Source of the DNA: Gemmatimonadota bacterium
GTDB lineage: Bacteria; Gemmatimonadota; Gemmatimonadetes; Gemmatimonadales; Gemmatimonadaceae
Assembly: GCA_031372565.1 (NCBI GenBank)
Contig: JANMLN010000031.1
Coordinates: 1-14,942 of the forward strand
Reading direction: 5' to 3'
DNA: 14,942 nucleotides
This document shows positions 1-7,441 of this stretch, one piece after another. The translations under genes were made by a program, and so were the position numbers. Positions within the stretch are counted from its first letter, which is position 1. Every line of letters starts with the position of its first letter. The notes beneath the pieces are model-generated. The model did no database searches. It was given only the letters and a program-made list of their open reading frames with translations, and had not been told where the DNA came from.

Positions 1-979
1 CCCCCCCCCCCGACTCCGCGAGCCCCGGAATCCCGTCGCGCCCCTTCGCGCTCCGCACTGCCCGCTCGATCGCCACCGACAACGCACGCGCTGCCAGCGC
101 TTCGACCCCGAGCGGGGTCCCGGTCGGTCCCGTCAACGGGCACAGCGCGAAAATCACGTCGCCGTCGAACGCCGTGCCCACCGGCGTGATGCGCTGGTAG
201 TACGCCGCGCTCGCCGCACGCGCCACCTGCGTCAGCGCCACCTTGTCCATCGCCACGTTGACCATCACCACCGAGATGGTGGTGTTGCGCCCCTGCGCAT
301 CGCTGAAGCGGCGCGGACCGCCCGGCAGCGTGAGCCACCGGATCGTGTCGGCAAAGCCACCTTCCGATCGTGCCCCGGCGATGATCTGCCCGGCGGCGTC
401 GCGCACATCGCCGAACGCGTTCACCACCGAGATGGCACCCGCCACCAGCGCACCCGCGCGCTCCACCGCGCACCCGACGCCGCCCTTCATCGCGCGCTCG
501 ATGCCGCCCCCTTTCCCGACCGTCGCGCCGGTGCCTGCGCCCACGCTCCCCTCGGCGATCCCCGTCACGACCGCATCGCGACACGCCGCATACGCCATCG
601 CCGGCGTCGGGCGCGCGTCGAACCGTCCGCACGGCGTCAGATCGTAGATGACGGCAGCCGGCACGATCGGCACCACCCCCGGCCCCGCCGGAAAGCCGCG
701 CCCGTCCTCTTCCATCCACTGCATCACGCCGGCCGCCGCATCAAGGCCGTAGGCCGAGCCGCCGGTGAGCAGGATCGCATCGACCCGATCGACCAGGTGC
801 TCGGGATCGAGCACGTGCAGCTCGCGCGTGCCGCTCGCCCGGCCGATCACGTGCGCCGCGCCGCGCCGCGGACCGTCGAGCCCGCGCACCACCGTGAGCC
901 CCGTGCCCCCCGCTTCGTCGGTCGCATGCCCCACGGCGACGCCGAGTCCACCGAAGTCCAGCATCGTCGAATCGGTCAC
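1..979 (-). CDS. P1/S58 (DmpA/NylC-like) self-cleaving Ntn hydrolase; 3' end runs off the window
   Basis: Translated by hand from GTG at 979-977 (alternative ATG at 964): MTDSTMLDFGGLGVAVGHATDEAGGTGLTVV...GTRELHVLDPEHLVDRVDAILLTGGSAYGLDAAAGVMQW...VPIVPAAVIYDL...EGSVGAGTGATVGK...KGGVG...VVNAFGDV...GRNTTISVV...TAFDGDVIFAL...AIERAVRSAKGRDGIPGLAE. These are family motifs. There is no stop before base 1 (about 326 codons), which explains its absence from the ORF track. The start overlaps the upstream stop (GTGA). Confidence 0.93.
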   Translation of the reverse strand, partial: MTDSTMLDFGGLGVAVGHATDEAGGTGLTVVRGLDGPRRGAAHVIGRASGTRELHVLDPEHLVDRVDAILLTGGSAYGLDAAAGVMQWMEEDGRGFPAGPGVVPIVPAAVIYDLTPCGRFDARPTPAMAYAACRDAVVTGIAEGSVGAGTGATVGKGGGIERAMKGGVGCAVERAGALVAGAISVVNAFGDVRDAAGQIIAGARSEGGFADTIRWLTLPGGPRRFSDAQGRNTTISVVMVNVAMDKVALTQVARAASAAYYQRITPVGTAFDGDVIFALCPLTGPTGTPLGVEALAARALSVAIERAVRSAKGRDGIPGLAESGGG

Positions 980-1152
980 GCCGGCGCTCCCCCGGTCTTC
1001 GCCTCGCAGGCACGGCACTGCTCCACGCCACGCAACGCGCAGCGGACGCAGATGAAGGTGCCGCACGTGATGCACATGCGCCCTTCGGATGCGCGATCGT
1101 CGCGCCCGCAGGCGCGGCAGGTCATGGTGTCGCCGTCAGCGTAGTGCGTCAT
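976..1152 (-). CDS. 58-aa cysteine-rich protein with four CxxC motifs (putative two-zinc finger)
   Basis: Translated by hand: MTHYADGDTMTCRACGRDDRASEGRMCITCGTFICVRCALRGVEQCRACEAKTGGAPA*. Strong SD (GGAGGAG) 8 nt before the ATG. It fills the gap between the regulator and peptidase genes, its TGA overlaps the next GTG, and all 8 Cys codons are TGC. Confidence 0.88.
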   Translation of the reverse strand: MTHYADGDTMTCRACGRDDRASEGRMCITCGTFICVRCALRGVEQCRACEAKTGGAPA

Positions 1153-1160
1153 GGTCAGCT

Positions 1161-1167
1161 CTCCTCC
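1161..1167 (-). promoter_or_regulatory. Shine-Dalgarno site of the small Cys-rich gene
   Basis: GGAGGAG on the minus strand in the 19-nt gap after the regulator stop codon, 8 nt upstream of ATG 1152. Confidence 0.8.
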
Positions 1168-1171
1168 AGCG

Positions 1172-2524
1172 TCATCGGACGCGTGCCGTCAGCCCGTAGG
1201 CCTTGATCTTCTTGATGAGCGTGGCGCGCGAGATGTCGAGCTCGCGTGCAGCGTGCGTCCGATTGCCGTCGTGCGCAGCCAGCGTCCGTTCGATGTGCGC
1301 ACGCTCGACGTCGGCGAGGCTGCGTGCCACGTGATGCTCCACGCCGCGCCCGCTCGCGTCCCGCACTTCGGGCGGCAGCAACGGCACGTCGATCGCGGGG
1401 CGTCCACGCCCCATGATCATCGCCCGTTCCAGCACATTGCGCAATTCGCGGATGTTGCCCGGCCACGCATAGCGGAGCACCCGCTCGAGCGCATCGTCGG
1501 TGAGCGCGCGCGGCGCGTCAGTCATCGGCGCCGCGAGTTGGTCGATCAGGTGACCGATGAGCTCGACCAGGTCCTCGCGTGCGCGTGCGCGGAGCGGCGG
1601 CAGATGCACCGGCATCACGCTCAACCGGTAGTAGAGGTCTTCACGGAAGCGCCCGGCGGTCACTTCGTGCACGAGGTCCTTGCTCGTGGCCGCGATCAGC
1701 CGCACGTCGGCGACGATCTCCTGCGTCCCCCCGAGCCGGCGGAACCCCTTCCCCTCGAGCACGCGCAACAGCTTGGGTTGCAGGTGCGCATCGAGATCGC
1801 CGATGCCATCGAGGAAGAGCGTTCCGCCGCTCGCGACCTCGAGCAGCCCCGCCTTGGCCTCGCGTGCATCGCCACTCGCTCCGCGCTCGTGTCCGAACAG
1901 CTCCGAATCGAGCGAGGTCGCCGTCAGCGCCGCACAGTTCACTTCGATGAATGGCCCGGCCGCGCGCGGACTCTGTCGGTGGACCTGCTCCGCGACCGTG
2001 CCCTTGCCCGTGCCGCTCTCGCCAATGAGGAGCACTGTCGTCTTCGCACTCGCGGCGAGCAGCGTGATCTGATCCGACAGTTCCCGCATGGCCGGCGACG
2101 CGCCGAGTGTCCCCTGCGTGTCACCCGACAGCCGCTCCGACATCACCGCGTTCAACTGGCGGAGCCGCACCTTCTCCACCGCGCGTTCCACCACGACGGC
2201 GAGATGCTGGAGGTCCACCGGCTTGGTGAGGAAGTTCTCCGCGCCATTCTGCATGGCCTGCACCGCGAGCGGCACGTCGCCGTAGGCCGTGATCATGATG
2301 ACGACGGCCCCGAGCTCTCGAATGCGCGCCAGCACGTCGAACCCCGTCATGTCCGGCAGACGCAGGTCGAGCAGCACGATATCCGGCCGGAGCCGCCGCG
2401 CCATGTCGATCCCTTCCTGCCCCGAGTGCGCGCGGGCCACGGTGTGCTGCCCCGTCCGCTCGAAGAAGGTGCCGAAGGCCGAGGTGATCGCGACCTCGTC
2501 GTCGATGATGAGCAGATTCGCCAT
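1172..2524 (-). CDS. NtrC/AtoC-family response regulator (REC - AAA+ sigma54-interaction domain - Fis HTH) with atypical motifs
   Basis: Intact receiver (IIDDE, VLLDLRLPD, MITAYG, LTKP). Walker A GESGTGK, VNCAAL, SELFGHE, RFREDLYYRL and WPGNIREL are present, followed by the HTH GNRTHAARELDISRATLIKKI. GAFTGA reads GASGDA and Walker B reads LFLDGI. Confidence 0.95.
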   Translation of the reverse strand: MANLLIIDDEVAITSAFGTFFERTGQHTVARAHSGQEGIDMARRLRPDIVLLDLRLPDMTGFDVLARIRELGAVVIMITAYGDVPLAVQAMQNGAENFLTKPVDLQHLAVVVERAVEKVRLRQLNAVMSERLSGDTQGTLGASPAMRELSDQITLLAASAKTTVLLIGESGTGKGTVAEQVHRQSPRAAGPFIEVNCAALTATSLDSELFGHERGASGDAREAKAGLLEVASGGTLFLDGIGDLDAHLQPKLLRVLEGKGFRRLGGTQEIVADVRLIAATSKDLVHEVTAGRFREDLYYRLSVMPVHLPPLRARAREDLVELIGHLIDQLAAPMTDAPRALTDDALERVLRYAWPGNIRELRNVLERAMIMGRGRPAIDVPLLPPEVRDASGRGVEHHVARSLADVERAHIERTLAAHDGNRTHAARELDISRATLIKKIKAYGLTARVR

Positions 2525-5500
2525 TTAGTGACCGGCCCCCGACCGGAGCGCCGCCAGCAGCGCATCGTGTGTGAGCGGACGCGGCAGACTCGCGCGCCCC
2601 GTCCCCCGGACCCAGTCGGCGTCGCCACCCGGGGCGGCGTCCGACACGAAGATGACGCGCTCGGCCACGCGCGGCGCCTGCGCGACCAACCGCGCGTAGA
2701 AGCGCGACGGCGACATGTCGGGCACGTGCATGTCGAGCAGTACCATGTCCCAGCGACGCTCGCCGGCACGGCGCAAGCCGAGCTCACCCGACGGCGCCAC
2801 GGCCACGTCGTGTCCGTCGTCCTCCAGATGACGCACCCGGTCGGCGAGCGCCGTGTCGGCGCTCACCACGAGCACCGTCCGTCGCAGGCTCGGCACGTCG
2901 GTCACCGCGGCGACCGCCTCGAGGTGCGGTCCGACCAACGGCAGCTCCACGATGAAGGTGGCCCCGGCGCCCACCGCCGACTCGACGCGAATCCTGCCCC
3001 CGTGCTCGCGCACGATGCCATCGGTCAGCGAGAGCCCGAGCCCGGTCCCCTGCCCGACGGGTTTGGTGGTGAAGAACGGATTGAAGATCCGGTCGCGCAT
3101 GTCGTCCGGCACGCCGGGACCATTGTCGCCGATCGAGACGAGGAGCATGGCACCGGCGCGCGCGGTGCGCACCTGCATCCGCTTCGCCCCGCTGTTCTGC
3201 GCCATGGCCTGCTCGGCGTTGGTCAGCAGGTTCAGGAAGACCTGCTGCAGCTGCGTCGGATCGGCCCAGGTCGGCGGGAGTCCGTCGTCGAGCTGCACGT
3301 CCACCTGCACCTGCGCCGATTGCAGCGCATAGCGGCGCAGCGCCAGGGTGTCGCGCACGACCTGATTGATGTTCGCCGGCGAACGCTCGGGCGGATGCTG
3401 GCGCGCGAAGGTGAGCAGGTTGTTGACGATCTTCGCGGCGCGGCGCCCCTCGTTCTGGATCGTGTCGGCCGCCTGATGCTGCTCCTCGGTGAGCTCCATG
3501 GCCAGCAAGAGCTGCGAGAACGCCATGACGCCCGCCAACGGGTTGTTCAGCTCGTGTGCCACGCCACTCACCAGCTGCCCGATGGCCGCGAGCTTCTCCT
3601 GCTGCAGCACCTGGTGCAGCAGCACCTTCTCGTCCGAGACGTCGCGCACCACGGCCAGTGCGCCGGTGATCTGCTCGCCTTCCGCAATCGGGGCGGAGTT
3701 GATCGACCCCGTGCGCATCTCGCCCGTGGTGCTCACGAACCGGAACTCGGCGCGGGAGCGGTGCCCGCGCAGCGTCTCCGCGAACACCACCCACAACTTG
3801 TCGCGATCCGGCGAGCCTTCGAGGATCGTCGTGAAGTGGCGGCCGACCAGGTCGGCGCGTCCGCGACCGGTGGCGTGCTCGAGCGCCGCGTTCACCGACG
3901 TGAAGGTGCCCTCTTCGTCGAGCGTGAAGATGGCGTCGCTCGCCGACTCGACGAGACGCGTGTAGCGATCCTCCGAGCGGGCGAGCGCGATGGCCCGCGC
4001 GCGTTCCTCGGTCACGTCGCGGGCGATGGCGAGAATGCCGATGACGTCGCGCCCCTGCCGGATCGGCGAATTGGTGACCGACAGGAGGCGCTCCTCTCCC
4101 GTGGGCCGCTGCAGCCGGCAGTCGTACCGGCGCGCCTCGCCCTGGAGTGCGGCAGCGAGCTGGGCGCGCACCGCGTCGCGATCGTCCGGCACGATGAACT
4201 GCGTGATGTTGTGCCCGAGCACGTCCGGAGCGTCGAGCCCCACGGCGCGGCACGAGGCGTCGTTGGCCGACGTGATCCCGCCCTTCGGGTCCAGCGTATA
4301 GATGAGGTCGGTGGCCGTCTCGAACAGGTTCCGGTAGCGCGCCTCGGAGAGCAGCACCGCATCACGCGCACGTCGCTCGTCCGTCACGTCGCGCATCGAT
4401 GCCACGATACCGGTCACCCGGTCGACGTCGCGCAGCGGCGCCGTCGACACGCTGACCAGCCGCTGCTCGCCGTCGGGCCGCTGGATCAGCGCCTCGTATC
4501 GTTGCGGCCGTCCGGCGAAGGCCATCTGTTCGTGGTCACGTACGCGTTCCGCCTGTCCCGGCGCGAGGAGGTCGTCCACGGCCGTGCCAAGGAGCGCGCC
4601 CTGCCGCGCGAACAGGTCGCTGGCGGATGGATTCGCGAAGGCGATCCGCCGCGACAAGTCGGTGATCACGATCGCGTCGCCGGAGGTCTCGACGACCAAC
4701 CGGTGGCGCTCCGCCAACCCGTGCAACTCGGTCACGTCGTCGAAGGTCACGACCGCGCCGCCGTTCGGGTGCGGCGAGGCTTCCACCTCGTACACGCGGC
4801 CGCGCACGGACGAGCGCACCGTCGCGCGCGCCGTGGTGCGATCGCGCAACGCGCGCATCTCGGGGCTGTCATCGCCGAGCCCCGGTTCCCGCAGCACCGC
4901 CTCGGCGAATCGCTGCCCGTCGAGCGATCGGCCCTGCGCCACTCCGGCGAGCACCAGCGCGCGCGCGTTGAACCTGGTGATGCGGCCATCCTCGTCGAGC
5001 ACGAGCAAGCCGCCCGGGATCGCATCGAAGGCCACGCGCCATTGTTGCGTGGCCGTGGCCAGCTCCTCGAACAACCGCGCGTTGACGATCGCCACCGCGA
5101 CCTGATCGGCCAACCGCTGGAGCACGCGGGCATCGGCGTCGGAGAAATCCTCGTCGCGATTGCTCACCGAGAGGGTGCCGAGCGTCGCGGCCCCCGTGAT
5201 GAGCGGCACGTTGATGACCTTGCGCACGTTGCCGACCCGCTGCGTTGCGCGGTGCGAGCGCGGCTCGGTGAGCACGTCATTGGAGATGTTGTACATCTTC
5301 GACGCGAGCACCGCACCCGTGAGCGATCCTTCGAGCGGGATGTTCATCCCCACCGTCAGGCTGGCGCTGCCCACCGCGGCCACCACGCGCGCGTACTTCT
5401 CCTCGCGCAACGCGATGGCCGCGCCGTCGGCGTGCAGCAACGCCACCGCGTGGCGCAGGATCAGGCGCAGCACCTCGCCCGGGCGCAGCGACTCGCTCAC

Positions 5501-6496
5501 GGCACGCGCCACCTCCGAGAGCGCCTCGGTCTGGCGACGCTCGCGCTCCGACTCCGCGTACAGCCTCGCGTTGAGCAGCGCCCACGCCGCCTGCGCGCCC
5601 AGGTTGGCCAGCACCTCCTCGTCGTCGCTGCTGTAGCGCCCCGCCTCCGGCGACCACGCGACCAGCACCCCCACGAGCCGAGTGCCGCTGCGCATCGGGA
5701 CCGCCAACAGCGAGCCGCCGCGCTCGCGGTCCTGCACCCCCTCATCGGGGATCACCAGCGGATTGTCGGCAAAGGTGCCGACCGCCGCGCGCGCGGGCCG
5801 ACCCGACCGCGCCACGTCGAGCACGATGCCCGGGTGCATCGGTGCCGCATCGCGCGGGGCTTCGCGCCCGCGCACCAGCCGGAACAGGGTACGAAGCTCG
5901 CCGTGCTCCAGATCGGGCTCGGCGATCAGCACGCCGTCGGCACCGACCAGGCGGATCACCTGCCGCGCGATCTCGCGTACCAGCTCCGCCTCGTCCAGCG
6001 TGCGGCCCAGCAGCTGAGCCGCGTCCTGCAGCCGCTGCAGGCGACTCGCGCGCTGCGTCGTCGACTCGGCCAGTCGCGCGCGGACGAGCAACGCCGACAG
6101 CTGACGGACCGCCAGCCGGAGTCTCGCATCGTCAGCTGCACCGGCGGGCAGCGTCCAGATGACGCCGAGGCTCTCGCCGTCAGTCGCCGTCAGTTCGTGC
6201 GACGCCATGCCGTCGATCGGCGGGTCGCCGCGCAGCACCGCGTTGCGAGCTGCCGTTTCCGCATCGGGTGCGACCCCGCTCAGCGCGACCGTGGAGCCGC
6301 TGCTCGGGTTGTACGCGACGGCCACCGCCTCGAACCCGGCGCGCCGAACCGCCGCCGCGCTCTCGGCCAGCCGACCCTCGAGGCCCGTCGCGCCCTCAGC
6401 CGCAAGCAGGTCGGCATGCAGCGACACGAGCTGCGCCGGAGTGGCCGCGCCGTCAGCTGCGATTGCAGGGGTTGCGCGGGACTTTCGAGGCGCCAT
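2525..6496 (-). CDS. Cytoplasmic hybrid sensor histidine kinase: (degenerate GAF)-GAF-GAF-PAS x4-HisKA-HATPase-receiver-like
   Basis: H-box GVAHELNNPL (His codon 3556-3554), N-box QVFLNLLTNA, G1 DNGPG, F-box FNPFFTTK and G2 GTGLGL. Four PAS starts (AFDAIPGGLLVLD, VVETSGDAIVITD, LFETATDLIYTLD, LVESASDAIFTLD). GAF ends such as LLAVPM..LVGVL..AAWALLNARLY. No evident transmembrane segment. Confidence 0.95.
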   Translation of the reverse strand: MAPRKSRATPAIAADGAATPAQLVSLHADLLAAEGATGLEGRLAESAAAVRRAGFEAVAVAYNPSSGSTVALSGVAPDAETAARNAVLRGDPPIDGMASHELTATDGESLGVIWTLPAGAADDARLRLAVRQLSALLVRARLAESTTQRASRLQRLQDAAQLLGRTLDEAELVREIARQVIRLVGADGVLIAEPDLEHGELRTLFRLVRGREAPRDAAPMHPGIVLDVARSGRPARAAVGTFADNPLVIPDEGVQDRERGGSLLAVPMRSGTRLVGVLVAWSPEAGRYSSDDEEVLANLGAQAAWALLNARLYAESERERRQTEALSEVARAVSESLRPGEVLRLILRHAVALLHADGAAIALREEKYARVVAAVGSASLTVGMNIPLEGSLTGAVLASKMYNISNDVLTEPRSHRATQRVGNVRKVINVPLITGAATLGTLSVSNRDEDFSDADARVLQRLADQVAVAIVNARLFEELATATQQWRVAFDAIPGGLLVLDEDGRITRFNARALVLAGVAQGRSLDGQRFAEAVLREPGLGDDSPEMRALRDRTTARATVRSSVRGRVYEVEASPHPNGGAVVTFDDVTELHGLAERHRLVVETSGDAIVITDLSRRIAFANPSASDLFARQGALLGTAVDDLLAPGQAERVRDHEQMAFAGRPQRYEALIQRPDGEQRLVSVSTAPLRDVDRVTGIVASMRDVTDERRARDAVLLSEARYRNLFETATDLIYTLDPKGGITSANDASCRAVGLDAPDVLGHNITQFIVPDDRDAVRAQLAAALQGEARRYDCRLQRPTGEERLLSVTNSPIRQGRDVIGILAIARDVTEERARAIALARSEDRYTRLVESASDAIFTLDEEGTFTSVNAALEHATGRGRADLVGRHFTTILEGSPDRDKLWVVFAETLRGHRSRAEFRFVSTTGEMRTGSINSAPIAEGEQITGALAVVRDVSDEKVLLHQVLQQEKLAAIGQLVSGVAHELNNPLAGVMAFSQLLLAMELTEEQHQAADTIQNEGRRAAKIVNNLLTFARQHPPERSPANINQVVRDTLALRRYALQSAQVQVDVQLDDGLPPTWADPTQLQQVFLNLLTNAEQAMAQNSGAKRMQVRTARAGAMLLVSIGDNGPGVPDDMRDRIFNPFFTTKPVGQGTGLGLSLTDGIVREHGGRIRVESAVGAGATFIVELPLVGPHLEAVAAVTDVPSLRRTVLVVSADTALADRVRHLEDDGHDVAVAPSGELGLRRAGERRWDMVLLDMHVPDMSPSRFYARLVAQAPRVAERVIFVSDAAPGGDADWVRGTGRASLPRPLTHDALLAALRSGAGH

Positions 6497-6503
6497 GGAT
6501 CAG

Positions 6504-6509
6504 AATGTA
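6504..6509 (-). promoter_or_regulatory. Candidate -10 element (TACATT) for a leaderless kinase transcript
   Basis: TAnnnT hexamer in an AT-enriched 57-nt intergenic gap, 7 nt before ATG 6496, with no SD in between. The -35 match is poor. Confidence 0.4.
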
Positions 6510-6553
6510 CAATTTCGCGACACCGTATGCTATCACGCCGCTGGTGCCAACAA

Positions 6554-7441
6554 TCACGTCATTGGCGCAAGAAGATACGCCCCACCTGGATCCACTCGGA
6601 CCTTCATCGGCTCGCGGCGCAGCAGCTCGCCGTCCGCCTGCGCGGGCTGGGGCGGAAAGGTCGCGACCTCGAACTCGTGCCCCCGAAGAAAGAAGAACCC
6701 GGGGTCGGGCCGGAAGTCGCCCCGATGCAGCCGCCACATGATGCGCGCAGCATCGACCGGGCTCCTCGGTGTGTACACGCAGAGGTCCAACTGCCCATCG
6801 TCGTTCCGGATCCCGGGGCCGAAGGTGAACTGTGCACCCAGCACGTTCGGTTGGTTGGCGACGTACACCGCCGACGCTTGGCGCTCGATCACGGTGCCAT
6901 CCACGACGGCGCGCAGGTCGAAGAGCCGCGCCCGCAGCACCGCGCGCGTCGCGGCCGGCGCGTACCCCGGCATGCCGAACAGTCGCTTGAGCACCTTGGG
7001 AGTATCGGCCACCATTGCCGCATCCACCCCCATGCCGGCGGAGTACGCGTACGCGCGCCCGTTGGCGAGACGGCCGAGATCCATGCGCAGCGTGCGCCCG
7101 TGGAGCAACGCGCGCACCGCGTGGTCGAGGTTGAGCGGAATGCCGATGTAGCGCGCGAGCAGATTCCCCGTGCCACCCGGCAGGATGCCGACCGGTATGT
7201 CGCGGCCCGTCAGCGCACCGATCACTTCCGTGGCCGTTCCATCACCGCCCAGCGCAAACACGGCCTGGTACGACGACGCGAGTCGCGACGCGATCTCGCC
7301 GCCGTGGCCCGGCGCCTCGGTCAACACGGCATCGCACGCGGCACCCGCCTCGCGAAATGCGGCGATCGCGCGCGCGTGCCAGCGGGCGCCACGCCGCGAC
7401 GCCGGATTCGAGATGAGCAGGACGTTGGTCAGAAGCGCCAT
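6554..7441 (-). CDS. YegS/DgkB/BmrU-family soluble diacylglycerol/lipid kinase
   Basis: Motifs ISNPAS, LGGDGTATEV, LPGGTGN, GMGVDAAMV and QADGE. Start moved from 7639 to ATG 7441 (MALLTNVLLISNPAS, 295 aa) because the upstream extension lies inside tamB. It overlaps the tamB end by 13 nt. Confidence 0.92.
   Translation of the reverse strand: MALLTNVLLISNPASRRGARWHARAIAAFREAGAACDAVLTEAPGHGGEIASRLASSYQAVFALGGDGTATEVIGALTGRDIPVGILPGGTGNLLARYIGIPLNLDHAVRALLHGRTLRMDLGRLANGRAYAYSAGMGVDAAMVADTPKVLKRLFGMPGYAPAATRAVLRARLFDLRAVVDGTVIERQASAVYVANQPNVLGAQFTFGPGIRNDDGQLDLCVYTPRSPVDAARIMWRLHRGDFRPDPGFFFLRGHEFEVATFPPQPAQADGELLRREPMKVRVDPGGAYLLAPMT

Noticed and set aside
1..11. Run of 11 C at the window edge, as a possible phase-variation tract in the peptidase 3' end
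   Set aside because: It is truncated by the edge and falls where the protein should end. It may be a poly-G read or contig-end artefact and cannot be judged without flanking sequence or reads.
243..1144. Short track ORFs at the left end (243..647 +, 741..1031 -, 765..1055 +, 797..1144 +)
   Set aside because: They overlap the motif-supported peptidase and Cys-rich genes and show no recognisable features.
4500..4600. His in the second PAS domain (RVRDHEQ) as a FixL-like haem ligand
   Set aside because: A single His without convincing FixL-like context is not enough evidence by eye.
6530..6550. TTGGCAC on the minus strand as a sigma54 -24 element upstream of the kinase
   Set aside because: There is no TTGC/GC at the required -12 position; the sequence reads GG-N10-GT.
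976..7441. Eukaryote-like lipid kinase plus FYVE phosphoinositide signalling pair
   Set aside because: The finger lacks the PI3P-binding residues and the kinase belongs to the DAGK/YegS family, not the PI3K family.
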